In this document: positions 31,003 through 40,920 of the stretch, piece by piece | Position numbering within the stretch: position 1 is the stretch's first letter | Layout of the letters: every line of letters starts with the position of its first letter | Assembly: GCA_040830765.1 (NCBI GenBank) | Contig: JBFOMH010000020.1 | Coordinates: 37,332 to 101,331 of the forward strand | DNA length: 64,000 nt | Direction of reading: 5' to 3' | Source: Puniceicoccaceae bacterium | GTDB taxonomy: Bacteria; Verrucomicrobiota; Verrucomicrobiia; Opitutales; Oceanipulchritudinaceae | Translations under genes and position numbers: made by a program | Notes under the pieces: generated by a model | The model's input: only the letters and a program-made list of their open reading frames with translations | Database searches by the model: none | What the model was told of the DNA's origin: nothing

Positions 31003-32703
31003 ATGAAATTCCTCGTCTCACAGTTCTCCTACTTTCTCAGTGATCCCCAGGCCAAGCGGAATCTGGGCGCCCTCCGGACCTATCTGTACTTCCTGCTCGG
31101 GATCATCGTTCTCTATTCAGTCCTCTTTCACGTCCTCATGGACGTCTTTGAAAACCAGGAGCATTCCTGGCTGACCGGATTATACTGGACATTGACCGTC
31201 ATGAGCACCCTTGGATTCGGTGATATCACCTTCCACACCGACATCGGTCGCCTCTTCAGTCTGATTGTCCTGGGTTCTGGAGTTGTGCTCCTGCTGATCA
31301 TGCTCCCGTTTGCTTTTATCCGGTACTTTTACGCCCCCTGGCTGGAGGCACAAATCCGGGCCAAGGCCCCCCGTCGGCTTCCCGAGTCGATGGCCGGACA
31401 TGTCATCATTTGCCGGATGGACTCCATTACCAACGGGTTGCTTCGCAAGCTGAAGGTCAATGACATTCCCTATTGTGTCCTTGAAGCGGATCCGGTTGTG
31501 GCGACTCAATTAAGGGAGGACGGATTCACAGTCGTTACGGGCGAAATTGACGATGCGGAGACCTACCGTTCCGTTAATATCAACCAGGCGAGGTTGCTGG
31601 TGGCGAACGCCGCGGATCCCATCAACACCAACATCCTCCTGACCGTCCGATCGCTGAACAAAACGATTCCCATCATTGCCATCGCGGAGCAGGACGATTC
31701 GCTCGATATTTTTGGATTGAGCGGGGCTACCTATCCGCTGCCCTTGAAAACCCGGCTGGGTGAATCCCTTGCCGCCAGGGTGAGTGTGGGAGTCGGAACG
31801 GCTCACGAAGTCGGGCGGTTCAAGGATCTGGTGATTGTTGAATTCCTTGTTCATGACACCCGGCTGTCTGGCATGTCCCTGAAAGAGGCCCGGGTCAGGG
31901 AACGCACCGGGATCAACGTTGTCGGCATCTGGGAATCCGGTCATCTCAATCCGGTCCGGCCGGATGTTCCATTACCGGATACATCGGTTCCTGTGGCCAT
32001 TGGCACGGCTGCCCAGGTTGATCGCCTGAATGCCCTTCTCGGAGAAAATCCAGAGCCCGAACACGAGGTCCTTGTCATCGGTGGTGGTCAGGTTGGCATG
32101 TCGACTGCGGCTGCCTTGAAAAAGCGAGGTATCCGGGTGCGCCTGCTGGACATGAATCCAGCCTTGCGGGAACAACTCGAACCGTTCTGCGACGAGGTCA
32201 TCATCGGCAACGCGGCTGATCGCAGCATCCTTGACAAGGCGGGCATCAACAAGGTCAACGCAGTGGCCCTGACGACCAATGATGATGCCCAGAATATCCA
32301 CCTCGCCGTCTATTGCCGCCGGCTTCGACCACAGCTGAGTATCGTCAGCCGCATTACCCGGGAACGGAACATCGAGGCAATCTACCGTGCAGGGGCGGAT
32401 TTTGTCCTCAGCTATGCTTCGCTGGGGCGTGAGTTCATCACGGCCTACCTGCTTGGCCGTGAGCCTGTATTGGTGGGTGAAGGAGCTGATTTCTTCTCGG
32501 TCGGTGTGCCGCTTTCCCTGCAGGGAAAAACTCTCGCGGAAAGTGGTATTGGGGCCAACACCGGACTCGTGGTCATTGCCATTGAAGACGGGGAAACAAC
32601 GATAACCAATCCGAAGGCCGATACCTCCCTGGCTGCCACGGCACGGCTGCTGATGCTTGGGACCAACGAGCAACGCGAACGCTTCGGGGAAATCTTTGAC
32701 TGA
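31003..32703 (+). CDS. 2-TM potassium channel with tandem TrkA-N/TrkA-C (RCK) domains
   Basis: Pore motif YWTLTVMSTLGFGDI. Two Rossmann RCK_N domains (HVIIC, VLVIGGGQVG) and two RCK_C domains (LSGMSLKE, LQGKTLAES). Confidence 0.9.
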   Translation: MKFLVSQFSYFLSDPQAKRNLGALRTYLYFLLGIIVLYSVLFHVLMDVFENQEHSWLTGLYWTLTVMSTLGFGDITFHTDIGRLFSLIVLGSGVVLLLIMLPFAFIRYFYAPWLEAQIRAKAPRRLPESMAGHVIICRMDSITNGLLRKLKVNDIPYCVLEADPVVATQLREDGFTVVTGEIDDAETYRSVNINQARLLVANAADPINTNILLTVRSLNKTIPIIAIAEQDDSLDIFGLSGATYPLPLKTRLGESLAARVSVGVGTAHEVGRFKDLVIVEFLVHDTRLSGMSLKEARVRERTGINVVGIWESGHLNPVRPDVPLPDTSVPVAIGTAAQVDRLNALLGENPEPEHEVLVIGGGQVGMSTAAALKKRGIRVRLLDMNPALREQLEPFCDEVIIGNAADRSILDKAGINKVNAVALTTNDDAQNIHLAVYCRRLRPQLSIVSRITRERNIEAIYRAGADFVLSYASLGREFITAYLLGREPVLVGEGADFFSVGVPLSLQGKTLAESGIGANTGLVVIAIEDGETTITNPKADTSLAATARLLMLGTNEQRERFGEIFD

Positions 32704-32733
32704 GCATTCCGGCAACCCGGAGCAGTGGTTTGA

Positions 32734-33756
32734 TTATACCAGGATCAAGGCATGGATGAGAAATCCCACGAGTAGAACGGGAAAGGCGATCCGGGCGACC
32801 TTGTCGATCCGGCGGGCCCGTTCCACTTGACCCAGCCGGGCGATGGTGGATGTAAAGACGACTTCCACCAAGGTCGCAAAAACGAGGATGGTACTGGTCA
32901 GGACAAAGTAGTCGAGGCGGGTCAGGTAGGAAAGGTTGGGGAGCGTCGCCCCGATTGAAAAGCGGTAGGCGATGAGGGTCAGCATGGCGGTAATGGCCAT
33001 TGAAATCTGGGTGCCCGGCATGGCCGGATCAATCCAGAGGACAGCCCAGGAAAGAAGGACGACCAGGATCAGCGGGAGGATCACCTTAACCCAGTAATAG
33101 CCTGTCAGGCGATCACCGGTAAAGTTGAGGGTTACACTGGCCACTGCCGGACCGTCGGGGATGGGCTTGATGGTTTCGGCAACAAGATTGGCCTCGAACT
33201 TGTGCCAGTCGGCAATAGATAAGCTGTCGCTAATGCCACTGTTAAATCGACTCGATGGGACGAATTCGATTTCCTCGGGCGAGAAGCCAACGGAGATGAC
33301 CTGGATTTTGAAGTCCTGAGTGTCGAAGGGGAAATCCGTCAATTCGAGGGGCTGGGAGAAATTTCCCCAGTACCAGAATTTGAGGCTGGCTGTACCGTCG
33401 CCGGTGACTTCAACTGCCGGTTCAATGACCTGCCAGAGATTCTGCCGGTTGTATAATTGCACCATCGGATGCCAGACTTCGTCCAGAGGGTAGCTGATGA
33501 TTCCTTCCTGACCGTGGGCGAGGCGCGGATCATTCCACCGGAAGGCAAGGAACACATTGGCGGAGAATGATTGCCCCGGCGTATTGACCGTATTCAAATC
33601 CAGGACAAAAATCCCGCTTTCAATTGGCGTGGGGCCCTTGTCGGCGTTGGGACGGCTTATGGTCTCAACACCCTTTCCAAAAAATCCATAGGCCGGAAGG
33701 GCAGTCGTAAGTAGAAACAGAAAGAAAGATGCGGTGCGCAGGCAGTGAATGGGCAT
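32734..33756 (-). CDS. prokaryotic pentameric ligand-gated ion channel (GLIC/ELIC family)
   Basis: Signal peptide, WNDPRL, VWHP, Pro-loop DFPFDTQ and four TM helices with LPNLSYLTRLD in the M2-M3 loop. Confidence 0.88.
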   Translation of the reverse strand: MPIHCLRTASFFLFLLTTALPAYGFFGKGVETISRPNADKGPTPIESGIFVLDLNTVNTPGQSFSANVFLAFRWNDPRLAHGQEGIISYPLDEVWHPMVQLYNRQNLWQVIEPAVEVTGDGTASLKFWYWGNFSQPLELTDFPFDTQDFKIQVISVGFSPEEIEFVPSSRFNSGISDSLSIADWHKFEANLVAETIKPIPDGPAVASVTLNFTGDRLTGYYWVKVILPLILVVLLSWAVLWIDPAMPGTQISMAITAMLTLIAYRFSIGATLPNLSYLTRLDYFVLTSTILVFATLVEVVFTSTIARLGQVERARRIDKVARIAFPVLLVGFLIHALILV

Positions 33757-33837
33757 GGAATAGTTACGGGTTTGCACGTTTCATTTCCTATGAGGTCAAG
33801 CCCCGCAATTCAAGGTCAAAGCAAAGCTATACAGAGG

Positions 33838-34566
33838 TCACTTCAGAAACCGTGACGTCATGAAAAAGAGGGCGAACCCGGAGCCGATGGTCAGTAAACC
33901 GAATAACGCGAAGGCCTGCAGGAGGCGGTTGTTGAAGTTGTCCCGCCCTTCGTAATCCATCGTATGGAGCATCCACATGAAGTCGAAAATCCGCCACTGG
34001 TTATTGCGGAGAGAGGTAATACGGGCGTTTTTGGGAGCTACGTAGATAGTGGTCTTGCGGGCATCATCAAAGGTGAAGGCATAGGCCGGCAAGGGCAGTT
34101 CGCGATACTCGTCATGCGGACCTGCAGCTTCAATATACTCTGTTGAAAGGACCTCAGCACTCCCGTCATAACGAAGGGTGGCAAGGAGTCTCGACTCCTC
34201 TTCGGAGAGGGGCTCGCGCTCGGCAGCGGAAGCGGCGTCAAAGAGGCGTGTTGCCGGCTCCCCCTCCCGGTCCTCAAAGCTGATCCTGTATACGGCGGCA
34301 GTGGTCGATATGATGAGAAACTCCACCCGCTGGAGGCGTTTCATGTCCGATTCCGCAAGTTGCTTCAAAATGGAGTCAAGGGAAGCCTGGTCGTGGTCAT
34401 CCTCTAATGTGGGAGCAGGTGCCAAACGGTCTGTGCCATGGACAGTATCCAGATCCATCCAGGAAAAATATAACCCGCCTATTGTCCAGAGAAGGAACTG
34501 GATACCGATCAGGACGCCCAGGTACCGGTGCGCCTTACGAACCCATTTTTGCCAGCGGACTTTCAT
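33838..34566 (-). CDS. PepSY domain / PepSY-associated TM protein
   Basis: RKAHRYLG...QFLLWTIGG N-terminal TM and WRIFDFMWMLHTMDY C-terminal motif. Confidence 0.85.
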   Translation of the reverse strand: MKVRWQKWVRKAHRYLGVLIGIQFLLWTIGGLYFSWMDLDTVHGTDRLAPAPTLEDDHDQASLDSILKQLAESDMKRLQRVEFLIISTTAAVYRISFEDREGEPATRLFDAASAAEREPLSEEESRLLATLRYDGSAEVLSTEYIEAAGPHDEYRELPLPAYAFTFDDARKTTIYVAPKNARITSLRNNQWRIFDFMWMLHTMDYEGRDNFNNRLLQAFALFGLLTIGSGFALFFMTSRFLK

Positions 34567-34567
34567 C

Positions 34568-35173
34568 CTAGTGTTGGAATGCCGCCTTGATGGCTTTCTT
34601 CAGTTCCTCGTGTGTCTGGGTTACCGGCATCTGCGGTTCTGTCTCGCGAAGGGCTTCTGGCGGCCGGAAGAGAATGCCGTGATCCGCTTCCTGAAGCATC
34701 GTCAGGTCGTTCCAGGAATCTCCGGCGGCAATGACCCTGAAATTGAGTTGTTTCAATGCCTGGACCGCCTTGCGTTTCTGGTCGGGTTGGCGCAGGCGGT
34801 AATCGAGGATTTTGCCGGAATCATCGATTTCCAGTTCGTGGCAGAAAAGGGTGGGGTGGCCGAGCTTGGCCATCATGGGTTCTGCGAACTGGACGAAGGT
34901 GTCAGAGAGGATGATCAGGCGGGAAGTAGCCACCAACCAATCCGTAAACTCACGTGCCCCCGAAAGCGGTTCGAGATCCTTGATGGCTTCATGGATGGCC
35001 CCGATGGTCAGGTCATGCTTGTTGAGGAGATCAAGGCGGTAACGCATGAGGACATCGTAGTCCGGCTCGTCACGGGTGGTTCTCCGCAACTCGGGAATGT
35101 TCGTGGCTTCGGCCACGGCGATCCAGAACTCCGGGAGCAGGACCCCCTCCAAATCAAGGCAGACAATATCCAT
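34568..35173 (-). CDS. thrH: phosphoserine phosphatase/homoserine phosphotransferase (HAD)
   Basis: CLDLEGVLLPEFW, TTRDEPDYDVLM, ILSDTF and AAGDSWND motifs. Confidence 0.93.
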   Translation of the reverse strand: MDIVCLDLEGVLLPEFWIAVAEATNIPELRRTTRDEPDYDVLMRYRLDLLNKHDLTIGAIHEAIKDLEPLSGAREFTDWLVATSRLIILSDTFVQFAEPMMAKLGHPTLFCHELEIDDSGKILDYRLRQPDQKRKAVQALKQLNFRVIAAGDSWNDLTMLQEADHGILFRPPEALRETEPQMPVTQTHEELKKAIKAAFQH

Positions 35174-35277
35174 CAGGGAAAATTGACCGAGCCTGCTCGC
35201 CGCTGTCAAGGATTGCGACAGCACGGGGTTTTGGGTTTGCCGGGAACTTAATCCTATCCAAGACTACTTAACCCCCG

Positions 35278-37416
35278 ATGCGGATACCCAAAAACCAGAT
35301 TTTCCTGGCTCTCTTCTGCCTCCATGGCCTGCTGTTGTCAGCGACGGGCTCGCTGCTGGCCCCCTGGGTCAGTCCCAATACCATCCTTGGCCGGGATCCT
35401 TTCGATTTGCCGCCGAATGACGGACAGAACCAGGCCGAACCGCACGCCATCCGTTCCATAACCGATCCGGACCTGATCCTGGCGACTTTTCAGGAGGGTC
35501 GATTCAGCGACGGAGGCGCGCGCAACAACGGGTATGCCGTCAGCGAGGACGGTGGATTCACCTGGAAACGACGGCTCAACCCCAGCCTGACCATCATCAA
35601 CGGGGGTCCTTATTTCCGGGCTACCGACCCGGTGGGGGGAATCAACCGGCAGGGCGATCTCTTCCTCAATTCACTGGTGGCAGTGGATTTCAATTTCGAC
35701 AAGGGACGCCTGGTGGTCCAGCGATCTGCTGATCGGGGAACCACCTGGTCCGGACCGGTCACTGTTTATTCGGGATTTTTCAACAGCGACACGAACTACA
35801 TTTTTCCCGACAAGAACTGGATGGTGGTCAACGACTACCCGGATGAACCGACCACTGGACGTATTGTCGTCACCTGGACGGACTTCAGGGTCATACAGGA
35901 CGGCACGCGGGACATCCTCGATTACCTTATCCGGTCCTCCTATTCGGATAACAACGGGGCCAGTTGGTCAGCTGCCACCTACGTCACTCCACCGACCAGC
36001 TCGACCAGTTCATTCCTCCAATACCAGGGATCCCAGCCGGTTTTCCTGCCGGGGGGGGACCTGGCCATCGTATTCCACAATTTCCGTTCATCCCGCCTCG
36101 AGGTCCGGTATTCCCCGGATGGTGGGGTGACCTATCCCTTCAGCTCGAAGCCGGTTCATGACGGTTACATCCTTTATGACATGCCGAATATCCGGGACGG
36201 TACCTTCCTGCCTTCCGTGGGGGTGGCCCGGGAGACCGGAAATCTCTACATCGCCTACACTTCCAAGGACACACAGGTGGATCCCAAAGGTCATATCTAC
36301 TTTGTCCGCTCAGACAGAAGCTCGGCGCAACCGCCTGCCTCCGGGGATATTGACTGGAACTTCCGTCAACCAGTCAGGGCCCTGGCTTCTTCACCCCGCC
36401 AGGTTTCCATGCCCACGATTTCCGTTTCACCGGATGGGCAACGGGTGACCATCTATTTCTACGACAACCGCAATGGCGCGGGGGTCAATGACTCCGGGGA
36501 CTTCTATGCCGTCCAGTCAATAGACGGAGGCGGGACCTGGTCCAAGGCCTTCCGCCTAACAGAGCAGTCCTTTGACCTGGCCGGTGCCACCAATACAAGC
36601 CGCGGCTATATGATCGGGGATTACTTCGGGTTTGCTCCTCCGCTGGGTCCCGGCCAGGCAGGGGTGGCAGTCTGGGTTGACACCCGTGAGGGTGATGCGG
36701 ATCCCTGGAGTTCAAGGATTGCCAGCCTCGACGGGGATGTGTTCGCCGCCTGGTTGCAGGCAAACTTGCCCTATGCTAACCGGTCTCCTAATCCGGTTGA
36801 CGACCTCCATGCGGATCCTGACAAGGACCAGACGCCCAATCTCCTCGAGTATATACTGGGCCGTTCGCCCTTCGCTGCCGACCCGTTCCCTGGCTTTAGC
36901 GACAACTTCTCCCATTTGCTGCTCAGCGATACCACGGATCCCTCAACCCGGGTCATTGTCCGGGGAGGGCAGGGACGCTGGCCGGCACAACAGGTGGTCA
37001 GTGGATTAACTCCGCAGGAAGCACCTCACGGGGAGAGATACTGGAAGGAGCTGACCTGGGCCTCCGGTGGGACATTCGACCATCTGGAATTTAGCATCAA
37101 CGGGATGGAGGACTGGTTTCTTCTCAACGACACGGCCCCTGTCCGCTGGGTCCGGGAAGAGTCTGGCGGCTGGGCCTGGTCTCCCTGGTTTGGCTACCTT
37201 TACACAAACGCAGCTCCCTGGCTCTTTCACCTGACCCTGGGTTGGGTCTACGACTTCAAGGGAGTCCTTTATTGCCCGGCGGTCTCCAGCTATTTGTATC
37301 CGTCACCCTCCATCCACCCCTGGATGTATCGCCAGAATGGATACTATGTCTACCTCCTTGAGGGGACTCCCTGGATTTACGACACCTTCACTGGCAACTG
37401 GATTGAGACTTACTGA
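35278..37416 (+). CDS. secreted sialidase-fold (BNR/Asp-box) protein with aromatic C-terminal domain
   Basis: Signal peptide; Asp boxes SEDGGFTW, SADRGTTW, SDNNGASW, SPDGGVTY and SIDGGGTW; IGDYFG; DPDKDQTPNLLEY; Trp/Tyr-rich tail. Confidence 0.82.
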   Translation: MRIPKNQIFLALFCLHGLLLSATGSLLAPWVSPNTILGRDPFDLPPNDGQNQAEPHAIRSITDPDLILATFQEGRFSDGGARNNGYAVSEDGGFTWKRRLNPSLTIINGGPYFRATDPVGGINRQGDLFLNSLVAVDFNFDKGRLVVQRSADRGTTWSGPVTVYSGFFNSDTNYIFPDKNWMVVNDYPDEPTTGRIVVTWTDFRVIQDGTRDILDYLIRSSYSDNNGASWSAATYVTPPTSSTSSFLQYQGSQPVFLPGGDLAIVFHNFRSSRLEVRYSPDGGVTYPFSSKPVHDGYILYDMPNIRDGTFLPSVGVARETGNLYIAYTSKDTQVDPKGHIYFVRSDRSSAQPPASGDIDWNFRQPVRALASSPRQVSMPTISVSPDGQRVTIYFYDNRNGAGVNDSGDFYAVQSIDGGGTWSKAFRLTEQSFDLAGATNTSRGYMIGDYFGFAPPLGPGQAGVAVWVDTREGDADPWSSRIASLDGDVFAAWLQANLPYANRSPNPVDDLHADPDKDQTPNLLEYILGRSPFAADPFPGFSDNFSHLLLSDTTDPSTRVIVRGGQGRWPAQQVVSGLTPQEAPHGERYWKELTWASGGTFDHLEFSINGMEDWFLLNDTAPVRWVREESGGWAWSPWFGYLYTNAAPWLFHLTLGWVYDFKGVLYCPAVSSYLYPSPSIHPWMYRQNGYYVYLLEGTPWIYDTFTGNWIETY

Positions 37417-37420
37417 CGCA

Positions 37421-37987
37421 ATGAAGCTGCTGCTGATCCTGATTTTTCATCCCTCCCATATTATCAAGTCCCGTGACCGGGTCCATCCGCTGCTTCTGCA
37501 TGCGGCAGTCCTCGGCTATGTGGCCGCGGTTGGCTATGCCTTCCAGTTTCTTTTTCCCCGGCTCCTCAACCAGATCCCCTGGTTTGGTTTTCTGCGGATG
37601 CTCTTTCCTGGCAACTGGAATCCGGGCTTCAGCGAGGAACTTTTCCTCCGCGGATCGGCCATGGCGGCACTGGTCATCGGGCTGTACGTCCTCGTCTACT
37701 GGTTGGGAAGCTTTGTTACCCCGGGCCGGGCCAAGTCACCCATGGCCTGCTACCTGGCCGGCCTGGCAACGTGTATTCCCATCCTCATTACATGTGTGGC
37801 CGCCTTTTTCGCCCAGCCCTTCCATGAGCTATTCGGCCTCCTGCCTGCCTACGGGCTCCTTGCCTCGACCTGCCTCCACGTCATACTCCTGAAGGATCTT
37901 TACGGTTTCAGCCGACCCGTAACCATTTACCTGGCACCACTGGTGCTGGGGACCCAGGTCTGCGGCAGTTACCTCCTGCTTCCGTGA
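37421..37987 (+). CDS. hypothetical integral membrane protein (~5 TM)
   Basis: ATG 4 nt after the upstream stop; hydrophobic helices throughout. Confidence 0.65.
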   Translation: MKLLLILIFHPSHIIKSRDRVHPLLLHAAVLGYVAAVGYAFQFLFPRLLNQIPWFGFLRMLFPGNWNPGFSEELFLRGSAMAALVIGLYVLVYWLGSFVTPGRAKSPMACYLAGLATCIPILITCVAAFFAQPFHELFGLLPAYGLLASTCLHVILLKDLYGFSRPVTIYLAPLVLGTQVCGSYLLLP

Positions 37988-37998
37988 AGGGTGGGCGA

Positions 37999-39387
37999 CT
38001 AGATTGAAGCCTCGTTGATGTGGTTGCCTATCGTGTAGTCGTAAAACCACCGTTCTCCCGGTTGGCATCCCTTGAAGTAGAACAGCCAGCCCGGTTGATC
38101 TCCAAAACGGTAGATGAACGGATAGGATGTCGAGGAAGTCCATGTCCATACCTGCAAGCCATGGTCATAGAACATGACAGATTGAGGGCTGCCCCCGGAG
38201 CAGGTTTGCCAGCCGTGTTCGGCATGCCACATCAAGGGATAATACACCGCGTTGAACCAGCCATACCAGTCGGAGGCGTGCCAGTCATCCGGGTGATGGT
38301 CGCAGTCTCCCCAGAGCGCATCAAATCCATTGGATTCACCGCCAAGAAAAGCAATCCACGCTTCATATTCGCCATCGGGATTGGTTCCACTGCCGATGAG
38401 GTATTTTCCGTCCGGGGTTATGGCCACAACACCGTCGAGGACCCAGCCATCAATGCTTATCCCGTGGTCCGGAAGAAAAGTATTGAGATCATGGGGCGTC
38501 CGGGTCTCGTCCCAAATAACGGCACGGTAGCCCGCTTCCCCGTTACCATAACCAACGATAGTTTTTCCGTCCGCGCTGACGCCACCCGCGGAGCTGCCAA
38601 AGCTCCCGCCGGGCAAGTCACCTAGACCCTGCATACCGGTTGCTTCAGTCCATATGAAAGCTTCCGTTCCATTGATCCCGACACCGTCCCCGACGACGAT
38701 GCTCCCGTCAGGAGAGAGGCCATTGGCATGACTCGAGAAGTGACCCCCTGGAAGGTCCCCCAGAGTCTGCTTGTAGCCCAGGTTTTTTGAGAGGTAGGCT
38801 TCTGTCCCGTTATTCGTGGTTCCGAAGCCTACGTAATGGCTGCAGTCGGGAGAGACTGCCGTTACAGTAGTATTGTTATCTCCTGAAAGGTCCCCAAGAC
38901 CCCGCATACCGCCGGTAGAGCTCCAGACGAAAGCCTCCCATCCCATCACGTTACTGGCTGCGCCGATGACTTTGGTACCGCCGTCTGTTACCCCGCGCCC
39001 TGAACTGAAGAATGTGCCCCCGGGCAAGTCGCCAATGCCAGTCATGCCTTGTCCTTCACGCCAGACGAAGGCCTCCCTGTCAGTCTTGTTGATTTTGGTC
39101 CAACCTGTCACCGCAGAACCGTCAGGAGAAACGTCAAAGGCAACACTGCTCCCCTGAGCTCCGGGCAGGTCTCCGAGGCTTTGCATGCCTCCGGATTCTG
39201 TCCAACGGAAAGCGATCCACCCTTCTGCAGCCGCACTTTGGCCAACGACAACTTTACCATCGGAGGAGATGGCCAGGGCGGAGCTGTAAAAAATGTCTCC
39301 CGGTAAGTCACCCAATCCCTTGAAGTAACCTTCTGCCCAGGTCGATGCTGCTGCTAGAATTGTCAGGTAAGTAAGCAGTGTTTTCAT
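37999..39387 (-). CDS. secreted HAF-repeat beta-propeller protein with aromatic C-terminal domain
   Basis: Signal peptide; six LGDLPG-type ~43-aa repeats plus a degenerate seventh; strong SD (GGAGAGGGGA); Trp/Tyr-rich tail. Confidence 0.85.
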   Translation of the reverse strand: MKTLLTYLTILAAASTWAEGYFKGLGDLPGDIFYSSALAISSDGKVVVGQSAAAEGWIAFRWTESGGMQSLGDLPGAQGSSVAFDVSPDGSAVTGWTKINKTDREAFVWREGQGMTGIGDLPGGTFFSSGRGVTDGGTKVIGAASNVMGWEAFVWSSTGGMRGLGDLSGDNNTTVTAVSPDCSHYVGFGTTNNGTEAYLSKNLGYKQTLGDLPGGHFSSHANGLSPDGSIVVGDGVGINGTEAFIWTEATGMQGLGDLPGGSFGSSAGGVSADGKTIVGYGNGEAGYRAVIWDETRTPHDLNTFLPDHGISIDGWVLDGVVAITPDGKYLIGSGTNPDGEYEAWIAFLGGESNGFDALWGDCDHHPDDWHASDWYGWFNAVYYPLMWHAEHGWQTCSGGSPQSVMFYDHGLQVWTWTSSTSYPFIYRFGDQPGWLFYFKGCQPGERWFYDYTIGNHINEASI

Positions 39388-39555
39388 GATTCCCCTCTCC
39401 TTCGGTTAATTGTGGCCTCCTGTGTGGCCGAAGCAGGATGGCATGTTAATTCGGAGAATGGGGGAACACCACTACTGATTCCCTGCCCGGGGTAAGTAAA
39501 AGAACGCCTTCAGCCTGTAATTGAGGCCTCTAATGTTGGATGGAGTCCGTTGGCG

Positions 39556-40833
39556 TCAGCACTTCAGGCTCTCGAGAAGATCGTAGATTTTGTACTTCTC
39601 GAGCTTGCGGCGAATAAAGTCGAGGGCCTCGAGGACGGCACGTTCCTTGACGGCAGTCCGCGTCCCGGGGAGGACGACTTTCCTTGACCAGACCCCGATG
39701 GGGGAGTGATAGCCGAGATAGATGGTTCCGGCCGGTTCATCGCCGGCCTCGGGACCGGCATACCCGGTGATGGAGAGGGCGTAGTCGGACTCCATGAGCT
39801 CGGCAGCCGCGGTGGCCATTGCAACCGCACACTCGGCACTGACGGCGCCATGTTGTTCGATCAGGCAGCGGGGTACCCCGAGCAGGTTCTCCTTGATTTC
39901 GTTACGGTAGCAGACCACCCCGCCATTGAAGACCTTTGAAGCGCCGGCGACGTCCGTGAAGCGACTGGCCAGCAATCCACCAGTACAGCTTTCGGCCACG
40001 GCGAGGGTCTTGTTCAGGCTGCGTAGTTGCTTGAGAATGAGACAGGCAATATCGGGTGTCCCGTAGCCCAGGAAACCCGGGCCAAGGCGTTCGCGGCAGG
40101 CTTCTCCAAGGGCCCGGACCCTGAGGTCGTCCCAACCTCCCTCCACAGGGGAGAGGCGGATATCGACATACCCAAGGTGGGCGCAGTAGGCCACGCGGAT
40201 GTTTTCGCCGGCTCCGGCGAGGACAGGCTTCAACAAATCAGCGACCTTGCTTTCGCCAACACCGATGGTCCTGATCTGAACCGGAGCCTCCGCGGTGCGG
40301 GTCCATCCCTTTTCCTTGAGCCGTTGCAGTACCTGATCTTCGACCATCGGCTTGAGCTCCCGGGGAGGTCCGGGAAGCAGGACTATAACCTGCCCGTCGA
40401 CCTCAATAAATTGCCCTGGTGCGGTTCCGTTGGGATTTGGCAGGACCTCGGCACCCTCGATGATGGCGCACTGCTTGAAATTGTTTTCCGTCGGCTCTTT
40501 GCCCCGCTTCTTGAAGAACTCCCTGATTTCCTGCTCCACGTCCTTGTTGTGGATCAGGGGGCGACCGAGGGCAGATGCCATGCAGTCAGCGGTGTAGTCG
40601 TCCTCCGTGGGACCCAGTCCGCCAGTAACAATGACCAAATCACTCCGCCCCAGAGCCTGCTTGAGCCCGGCCAGCAGTTCTTCCGGTTCATCACGCAGTT
40701 CGGAAGCCCAGGTCAAGCCGAGGCCATTATCCTGCAGGAGACCACCAAAATAGACCAGATGGCTGTTGGCCCGGAGGCCGTTGAGCAACTCATCACCAAT
40801 GGCCACCAATTCAACTTTGCGAATCAGTTCCAT
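39556..40833 (-). CDS. cinA: competence/damage-inducible protein CinA (MoCF-like domain plus NMN deamidase)
   Basis: IGDELL, TGGLGPTEDD, NGTAPG, LPGPPRE, AESCTGG, GAVS and SITGYAGP motifs. Confidence 0.95.
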   Translation of the reverse strand: MELIRKVELVAIGDELLNGLRANSHLVYFGGLLQDNGLGLTWASELRDEPEELLAGLKQALGRSDLVIVTGGLGPTEDDYTADCMASALGRPLIHNKDVEQEIREFFKKRGKEPTENNFKQCAIIEGAEVLPNPNGTAPGQFIEVDGQVIVLLPGPPRELKPMVEDQVLQRLKEKGWTRTAEAPVQIRTIGVGESKVADLLKPVLAGAGENIRVAYCAHLGYVDIRLSPVEGGWDDLRVRALGEACRERLGPGFLGYGTPDIACLILKQLRSLNKTLAVAESCTGGLLASRFTDVAGASKVFNGGVVCYRNEIKENLLGVPRCLIEQHGAVSAECAVAMATAAAELMESDYALSITGYAGPEAGDEPAGTIYLGYHSPIGVWSRKVVLPGTRTAVKERAVLEALDFIRRKLEKYKIYDLLESLKC

Positions 40834-40920
40834 GGGGTAAAAAGCCGTTTGGAGCGGCTTGTCGTCTGCTTGATGCTGTGCATTGTTAAGATTCTGTTAC
40901 TATAATGCGTTTGGGTCAGG

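Noticed and set aside
38560..39320. Periodic ~130-bp repeats as a possible CRISPR array or DGR
   Set aside because: They are degenerate in-frame HAF protein repeats. No identical repeats with spacers, cas genes or reverse transcriptase are present.
39438..39456. TGGCATGTTAATTCG as a sigma54 promoter
   Set aside because: It has CG rather than GC at -12 and points into the 3' end of cinA on the antisense strand.
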